From assembly GCF_018977255.1 (NCBI RefSeq), contig NW_024704756.1, positions 3,286,001 to 3,350,000 of the forward strand: DNA of 64,000 nucleotides, written 5' to 3'. Under the pieces are notes generated by a model. That model had not been told where the DNA came from, ran no database searches, and saw only the letters and a list, made by a program, of their open reading frames with translations. How positions within the stretch are numbered: position 1 is the stretch's first letter; every line of letters begins with the position of its first letter. Positions 57,001 to 64,000 of this stretch are shown here, piece by piece. This stretch comes from Callorhinchus milii (lineage: Eukaryota). Position numbers and translations under genes: made by a program.

Positions 57001-58641
57001 TGAATAGTAATCAATGGGTTTTTCGGCATAAGGCAAGTCTTCAGAGCCATTTTTGAGGTCAGTCCCTTCGAATACTACACTAGCGCTGCTGGTCAGCACT
57101 AGTTTCTGGTACACAAGAAGAAAAACAGTGAGTTGAAGTTGGGAGAGAGAACAAAAACAAAGATTAAAATGGCACAACAGAGTTTCCTACCTGCACTCCA
57201 GCCTCTTTACAAGCTTCAATGATAGTTTTGGTCCCTGTGTAGTTCACCTTGTAAAAAAGTTCTCGGTTGTCACTGGAAGGTGCTGGAGAAGCACAGTGAA
57301 ATACAACGCTCACATCCTGAAACGCTGGTAGCACATCCTAAATAAAAGGTGAAAGAGGTTTCTACTCTGAGGTAGTTGGGAAGGTAACCCTGTACATGTA
57401 GCACTTAAAAAGTAATCTGTAGTTAATCACCTTTTGGTTGATTATATTATATGAAATATTCGGAAAATGTTCCTCACGTATTACAAAATAAGGATATCCT
57501 TGTAAATGACCAGAGAAAACTCAATTTCTAACGTGTAGTACTGCATATCAATTCTACTTTATTTGACCAGGAATGCTAAATCTTTCAGTATGTACTGTTA
57601 GAGCTACAGTGAATATTTCACACTGACCTCTTTACTGCACAGGTCTGCAGTGAAGAACTGGACCCCTTGCTTGTCAAATGTTTTTCGGACATCCAAGATA
57701 TTGACTGTGAATCCTTTCTCCAGCAACTTCTGTACTAGATGTTGGCCCAAAAACCCTGAACCTCCAATAACGGTGCATTTCTTGTGCTATGGGACAAAAA
57801 GAAAACAGTGAAACTTTTAGTCAGAATGAACTGCGCCCCTTCATTTCTGTCCTGAAACTGCTTATGACACCCGTCCGGAATGCATTGCCTGACAGGGCGG
57901 TGGAAGCCGATTCGGTAACAACTTTTAAGAGAGAAATAGATCATTATTTGGGGAGGACAAGTTTGCAGGGCTGTGGGGAGAGAGCGGGGGAGTGGGGTTG
58001 AATTGGGTAGCTCTCTTTGAAGAGCCGGCACAGACACGATGGGCCGAATGGCCTCCTTTTTGCGCTCTATTGATTCCACGATACTTGCTCCGCGGTGCAG
58101 TTCTGTGGGAAACGGTTGCTTTCCAATACCGCGTCATCCAGCGTCCGTTCGTCTTCACGCGTTGCTGGTGAGCACTCGACCGCTGGGAGGCACCACGGCC
58201 GTCCCGGATCACTATCCTAACACCAGATCAACCGTCGAGAATTTTGCTTCCAGTCGGGAAACACCTGATATTGTTTCATTCCGATCTATTTGTTCCCGGC
58301 GCCAGCACTACTCCGACCATGTTTATGAGTCGGGAGTGGAGGCTGCGCTGATTCACCTCAGGGCTCCCTCAGCCCCAGAGCCACTGCGGTGGTTTGCACT
58401 GACCCCTGTGCTGTCGCTCCCACAGATCAGAGGCCAGAGACCAAACCGCTGACCTCCCGAGCAGGACTGGCTGCTCGGATGGATGGACGGACGGACGGAC
58501 GGCGCGGGAGCCACAGCAGCGCTGCTGAGCGCGTTAGGGACTTTGCAGGGAACGTGGCCGCGGAGGGTCTCGTCCCCGGGAACCCCGCGGCGAGAGATAC
58601 ACAGCCGTAAAGTCACTCACCGCCCGAGATCGCGTCGCCAT
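54074..58641 (-). CDS. NSDHL: Sterol-4-alpha-carboxylate 3-dehydrogenase, decarboxylating (NAD(P)-dependent steroid dehydrogenase-like), 7 exons, 344 aa
   Basis: Minus-strand exons 58641-58621, 57786-57628, 57337-57191, 57105-56977, 56314-56172, 55816-55714, 54406-54074 (1035 nt). [21 protein letters not shown] (GGxGxxG), [26 protein letters not shown], catalytic [34 protein letters not shown] segment, [23 protein letters not shown]. Confidence 0.98.
55175..55500 (-). mobile_element. Young tRNA-derived SINE in NSDHL intron 6
   Basis: Near-identical to the copies at 26578, 56459 and 60965. Confidence 0.92.
56459..56781 (-). mobile_element. Young tRNA-derived SINE in NSDHL intron 4, next to an older SINE tail (56785-56910)
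   Basis: Near-identical family member. Confidence 0.92.
57870..58078 (+). mobile_element. CR1-clade LINE 3' end in NSDHL intron 1
   Basis: [24 protein letters not shown] (CR1 ORF2 C-terminus) followed by the GATGGGCCGAATGGCCTCCTT 3' UTR motif. Confidence 0.85.
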
Positions 58642-58960
58642 CTCCGCGCGGTTCGCAGCGATCTGTGCGGTGTGTGTGTGTGTGTGTCTGTCCCCCCCCG
58701 TCACTGAGACCACAGTAGCCCCGCCCCCCGCGGCTTGTCGGCTGCTTCCAATTGGTGCACGGGGCAGCATGCGGTCCAGCATTGCCCCGGCAACGGCCGC
58801 AACGGCCAATCCGATCGCGAGCTGATCATGGGCTGGTGATGACGCGGGGGAAGCAGTGGCCAATCGCGACACGGTGATTCGTCGCTCCGCCTCCGCGCAC
58901 GTGACCGCTCCGCGGCGCTTCATTCATAAATACGCACTTGGCGCGGGTAGGGGGGTGGGT
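58642..58960 (-). promoter_or_regulatory. NSDHL CpG-island promoter with NF-Y (CCAAT) boxes and an E-box
   Basis: CCAAT at 58748, 58806 and 58860; GGTCACGTGC E-box with core 58898-58903; ATCACC half-sites on the minus strand; CpG-rich. This layout is typical of SREBP/NF-Y-regulated sterol genes (established knowledge). Confidence 0.7.
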
Positions 58961-59159
58961 TCGTTAACCGGCTCTGTTACTGCAGCAGCTGATCAGTGCT
59001 GCCTCAGTACTGCAACATCAGTGTAACAGAGCGGGAGGTGTTGTGTGGGGGGGGTTTACATGGGAGAACATGTACTTGGTGTTGTTTATGAATTAATTAC
59101 CTGTTGTACCAAATGCCGTATCGAGAAGACGCGAAAAAGTGCTATTATCAAATGCAACG

Positions 59160-59192
<33 letters not shown>

Positions 59193-60409
59193 TACCAATC
59201 TATATATATATACGCGAAAAAATCACCGCATCGCCGGCAGCGCTCCCCGCGTGAAGGGCACCGTGCAAATGCAAGTTGTTGTTGTTGTGCATTGCAAGAT
59301 GACTATATTCCTCTCACCCGAGCAATCTAGAAATTACTTTTTTTTATATCGTATAAATATAAAATATAATTAGATATTTTATAATTTTACTTTTTTCACC
59401 CACAACACAAACACACACACACACATATATATATATATGATCGATCCACTCTACAGTATATTCTGTGAAGCGCTCAAGAGACATCTCAACAATGTTATAA
59501 AGCGCAATATCAAATGCAAGGAGTATTCTTGTTATTTTTAATATTGTTTATAATAGTAATCCTTACATTTAGTATTGTGCCTTTCACACCGGGAGGACAT
59601 CTCAAAGAATTTTACAGGATTTACTGTAAAGTGTAGTGACTGTGGCTTTTGTGGGTCACTATTGTCCAACCACGGTGAGCTAAGTTCTTTATTCACTTCA
59701 TGGCTGCTTGTGGAACCTTTCTGTGGGCAAATTGACTACTGCATTTGTTTACAAATTCACCTGATACCCATTAAATGTTTTGAGACATTTGAATATTATA
59801 AGTGCTACACCAAATGCAAGAATTATTTATTATTATGTTATTCATTCAGCTATAATTACAGTATTGAGAACGGTCTATACTAGGTTGGACTATCAAGATT
59901 ATAGTTTATTATACAATAAGGAAAGTAATAAATATCGAACTATTGTACTAGTAAAGCTATAATAATTTCGTATTTGATATAGCGCCTTATGTTGTCGAAT
60001 TCTTCATAGGATATATGTGTAGTGATTGTGTATTTTGTGGGCGAATGTTAGATATACACTTACATACATTACTGGTAGTTTGGAAATATTACTGTAGCAA
60101 TGTTCAGATTAATACTCTCTGCAATAAAATTATTCATGTACTGTTAATGTCATACTAATGTTAATAAGCATAGCAAACTGTAGCAATACTCGTAATTAAA
60201 GAGTTAGAGAATGGTGTGGAGAAAGTGGTATAATTTAGCTACAAGAATACTGCCAACATGTATTGTACATTGAATGATCTCTCATTCAAATCTCCAATTT
60301 GTAATTAGTATAAATTGGAGACTCAGTTCTGACTTTGCAGTTGAAAGTAGTGTCAGAAATTGACAGATTCCTAGATTTTGTCAATTTTCTCTGTGAGGGT
60401 GGGGTCTGT

Positions 60410-60875
60410 GACCCCAACACACCCACCCTCACCCGGCTCCACTGGCTCCCCATCTCTCAGGGATCAAGTTCAAAATTCTCGTCCTCACCTTCAAAGCCTC
60501 TATGGCCTTGCCCCCTTCTTCCTCTCCGAGTTGCCAACCCCCTTATTAACCTGTCCGCACCCTCTGCTCAGCAGGCTCCAGCTTGCTCCATGTTCCCCGC
60601 CCGTCCCGTCCCACCATCAGCAGTCGAGCCTTCAGCCTCTCCGTCCCACCTGTTGAACTCCATCCCACATTCCTTTCGCCTTGCGTCCTCCTTTGCCTCC
60701 TTCAAGGCACATCTCAAGACCCTCCACGTCGACTGTGCCTTCGGCCATCTTCCGAGCCTCCCTGATCCCGTCCCCCCCCCCCCCCCCCCATTCAGGTCCT
60801 GATCCCAGACTGTTTAGCGCCTTGGGATGTCCTCCCGACATGAGAGGCGTTTTACAAATGTAATTTTGTGTTGCA
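60410..60875 (+). mobile_element. L2-clade LINE 3' end, frameshifted
   Basis: TPTLTRLHWLPISQ...FKILVLTFKA-like sequence and the family 3' tail. Further L2 fragments at ~7880-8020 (-), 9355-9490 (+), 50060-50260 (-) and 63630-63770 (+). Confidence 0.85.
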
Positions 60876-60964
60876 TTGTACGTAAGTTTCAAAATGGATG
60901 GTGGGACCATGTTATATGGGGAGCAAGAAGGTCGCCAGGCGACTTTGTTAGAAATATAAAGTTA

Positions 60965-61287
60965 AGTCCTGTAGCTCAGTGGTTAGAGCACTCGCTTTGC
61001 AAGTGAGAGACCTGAGTTCAATTCCAGGCAGAGGGCGAAACCTTGGGCAAGTTTCCTTACTCCACACAGAGCCTAATAATAATCCCTCCAAAACCAAAAA
61101 CAATAATAAATTGGTCATTTTCAATCTACGACTGTTTGTGGGACATTGCTGTGCGCAATTGGCTGCCGCATTCGCCCACAAATATACAGTCAATACACTT
61201 TACAGTATATTCTGTGAAGCGCTTTGGGACGTCCTCCCGACGTGAAAAGCGCTATATCAAATGCAAGGATTATTATTATTATTATTA
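60965..61287 (+). mobile_element. Young tRNA-derived SINE, full length
   Basis: Head AGTCCTGTAGCTCAGTGGTTAGAGCACTCGCTTTGCAAGTGAGAGACCTGAGTTCAATTCC (anticodon-like TGC), Deu-like core, tail ...GCGCTATATCAAATGCAAGG(ATT)n. Confidence 0.93.
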
Positions 61288-61403
61288 ATATTTTTAAAAA
61301 CACAGTGCATGGAAAGGAGAAACGAGAAGGAAAATAGGAACGTCAGGACGAGCACAGGTATTTAATTCAGCAAAACTATATCAGGAAACCAGTTGAATGT
61401 AAG

Positions 61404-61456
61404 ACACCTAAATCACCCTTAAACACCTAAATCACCCTTAAACACCTAAATCACCC
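61404..61456. repeat. 19-bp tandem repeat (ACACCTAAATCACCCTTAA) x ~2.8
   Basis: Directly visible. Confidence 0.9.
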
Positions 61457-62269
61457 CGGTTTATCAGTGCATATCAGGGAATCAAAGTTATTTTAACGTT
61501 TGAACGGTTTTATGATTGGGAAACGATGAGGAGAACGTCTCTGGGGGAAGAAGCGCAGAACCAGAGACTCCCCACAGAGCTGCCGACAGTCCCGGGGCTC
61601 AGGTTTATTCTGTAAGTTATGATGCGCCGTTCGCCCTCGGGGGGTTGTTACAGTGCCTCGGGACGTCCCCCCGACGTGAAAGGCGCTCTGTAAGTGGAAT
61701 CTTGTTGTTGTTGTGGGTGTTGTTGCAGATCCCCAGTGGCACTGCGCACTCCGCAATGCACCGCATCGCACATTTATGTTTCACTCTCACACTAAAAGGT
61801 ACTCACAAACGCACTGTCTCTGCGCCAACAACAACAACAACAACAACAACAACAAGAAGTTTCCATTTATAGAGCGCCTGTCAGGTCGGGAGGACGTCCC
61901 GAGGCGCTGTACGGCGGCGGCTCCGGGGCTGCGTTTAATTGTACGTATAATTTTGGGTGGAATTCAGCAAAGATCGGGAACCCGCGCGGAGGGGAAAAAA
62001 ACACCGACTCTTTCACATTGATTCCTCTTTTAAGGAAACATCTGTCCCCCCGAATACCATGGGACGGGGGACGGGGGACGGGGGGGGGGCGGGGGGCCGG
62101 GGGGGGCGGGGGACCGGGGGGCGGGGGGGGCGGGGACCTGGGGGCGGGGCCGGGGGCGGGGCCGGAGTGACGGGCAGAGCCGCCGCGCGGGGACTTACAC
62201 CGGGTATTTATTTATTTATTTATTTATTTGTCGGTTGATTGGCTGATCACATCGCAGTGAAGCCGAGCA

Positions 62270-62281
62270 ATGGCTGCGGTG
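62270..62281 (+). CDS. Probable short first coding exon (MAAV) of a gene divergent from NSDHL, continuing beyond the window
   Basis: GCAATGGCTGCGGTG|GTGAGT: good Kozak context and a consensus donor, downstream of a CpG/GC-box island (61900-62200) and an inverted CCAAT at ~62238. No second exon was identified. By mammalian synteny it could be CETN2, but the sequence does not show this. Confidence 0.4.
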
Positions 62282-62307
62282 GTGAGTAGAGCTTTCTGCA
62301 GCCCTGG

Positions 62308-62905
62308 ATGGGGGGAGAGGTGGAGGGAGGGATGGTGAGAGAGATGGAGGGAGAGGTGGTGAGAGAGAGATGGAGAGGTGGTGGGAGAGAGATGGAGGGA
62401 GAGGTGGAGGGGATGAAGGGAGAGCTGGAGGGAGAGGTGGTGGGAGAGATGGAGGGAGGGATGGTGAGAGAGATGGAGGGAGAGCTGGAGGGAGGGAGGG
62501 AGGGAGGGATGGTGAGAGAGATGGAGGGAGAGCTGGAGGGAGGGATGGAGGGAGAGATGGAGGGAGGGATGGAGGGAGAGATGGATGGAGGGATGGTGAG
62601 AGAGATGGNNNNNNNNNNNNNNNNNNNNNNNNNNNNNNNNNNNNNNNNNNNNNNNNNNNNNNNNNNNNNNNNNNNNNNNNNNNNNNNNNNNNNNNNNNNN
62701 NNNNNNNNNNNNNNNNNNNNNNNNNNNNNNNNNNNNNNNNNNNNNNNNNNNNNNNNNNNNNNNNNNNNNNNNNNNNNNNNNNNNNNNNNNNNNNNNNNNN
62801 NNNNNNNNNNNNNNNNNNNNNNNNAGGGATGGAGAGATGGAGGGAGGGAGAGATGGAGGAGGGAGGGAGGGAGGGAGGGAGGGAGGGAGGGAGGGAGGGA
62901 TGGTG
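62308..62905. repeat. Purine-rich GGAGGGAGAGAT-type minisatellite spanning an assembly gap (N 62609-62824)
   Basis: Directly visible low-complexity GA-rich repeat and a run of 216 N. Confidence 0.95.
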
Positions 62906-64000
62906 TGTGAGAAGAGGAAATAACAGAATCCAGAATAGGATGAATGGCATTTTGCGAACGTGTATTTACAACGCAATGATGGGGAGCGGATGGAGGAGAT
63001 GAAAGAGGGATGAGATCATTCGGGGCGGATAAAGGTTATAGGGCAAAACATGGGAGGATGCAACCCAGTCATTATCAGCAGAGATCTGAGGAGATACACT
63101 GCAAGAGGGGGAGATGATGTGAAACCATAATATACAGAGAAATAGTGATTAAAAGCAATAACATGTCAGAAGAGGGGTTTGGGATGAGGATTAATAAATA
63201 CACAGCTCGTGTTGGTGCGTTCGAAATAGTGAAAAAAATGTTTTATTGGGGATGACAATAACACAGGATATTGCATTAGTGATGGCACTGTTGCTACCAA
63301 ATAATGTTGCATTGGTGGAAGATAATGTAGAATGCTGTAGGCGTAACAGTAAGTAATGGAGGAGAATGTATAGTATTGGTGAAGAATCATTAATGATGCA
63401 GTATCCAATGTCATTGTTTGAGGTGCACTTAAGCAGATTAACAAATTAAGGCATGTTGTGCCTGCGAGGAAAATATTCTTGTCCTTGTGGTTAATCACGG
63501 GTTATAAAAACTGTCTGGAGGCGATGTAGATGGAAACTCCTCTCATCGAACCCCACTTTGGGATTTTGAGCTCACAGTCGAGGCTGACACTCCAGTGAAG
63601 TTCTGGGGGATGTCGCCCCGAATCTTGGGAACTCCTTGCCTCAACGCCTCCGCCTTGCCCGCTCCTTGCCCAGCTTCAAATCACACCTGAAGACTTTCCT
63701 CTTCGACCGTGAATTTGGTCGTCCTCCCAACATGAAGGGCGCTATACAATTGTAATTTGTTGATGTTCCTGTTGGTCACCTCCCCTCTCTTTGCAGCTTG
63801 GTATCAAACCACCCTGAGACGCTACCCACATGAAGGGCGCTTTGTAAATTAAAGTTGTCGTTAGATCATATTCGGTATGGAACTGAATCTTATTTACTCT
63901 TGCCTCCACCTCATGAGAAGGTGCAGCAAATATTCCCAAACTGCTTTTTAAAAACTTTGATGGATGTTGCAAAATGCCGACAGAAATTAACCGTATTTCC

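Noticed and set aside
58970-59032. Small hairpin GCTCTGTTAC...GTAACAGAGC upstream of the NSDHL promoter
   Set aside because: Arms are only 10 bp and partly SINE-relic sequence; no recognisable ncRNA.
60965-61037. tRNA-Ala(TGC)-like sequence (also at the heads of the other SINE copies)
   Set aside because: It is the SINE head: there is no proper acceptor stem or terminator and it runs into the Deu core and L2 tail.
61043-61288. Recurrent ORFs [14 protein letters not shown].../[12 protein letters not shown]... (also at 1322, 26615, 55216, 56298-56842)
   Set aside because: Translations of the same SINE in various frames; not genes, and the copies are dispersed rather than a CRISPR-like array.
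62216-63002. 200-250-aa ORFs on both strands
   Set aside because: Low-complexity repeat plus N gap.

Overview
Vertebrate genomic DNA with spliced genes, CpG islands and many SINE/LINE copies. The tRNA-headed Deu-type SINEs and the CR1/L2 fragments suggest a cartilaginous fish, possibly a holocephalan (inference). Four multi-exon genes were reconstructed by hand from GT-AG sites and phase continuity: VAMP7 (+, CDS 2102-10028, 220 aa), a SLAIN-family gene (-, 35760-15894, ~585 aa, probably the third SLAIN-like paralogue), NSDHL (-, 58641-54074, 344 aa), and a compact ZNF185/sciellin-family LIM gene (-, ~46784-38688, ~313 aa) whose reading frame is essentially absent from the ORF track because it is built from 39-145 nt exons. 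That hidden gene has a tandem-duplicated 90-nt exon and a phase-compatible alternative exon. A probable first exon of a fifth gene (+, 62270) lies in a CpG/G-rich island near the right end. The repeats include a young tRNA-derived SINE that shares its 3' stem-loop with L2 LINE ends in the same window, an older SINE subfamily with an extra central module, a nested TA-flanked TIR DNA transposon with hairpins, and an unidentified dispersed repeat. All homology statements come from recalled protein and repeat families, not from a database search.
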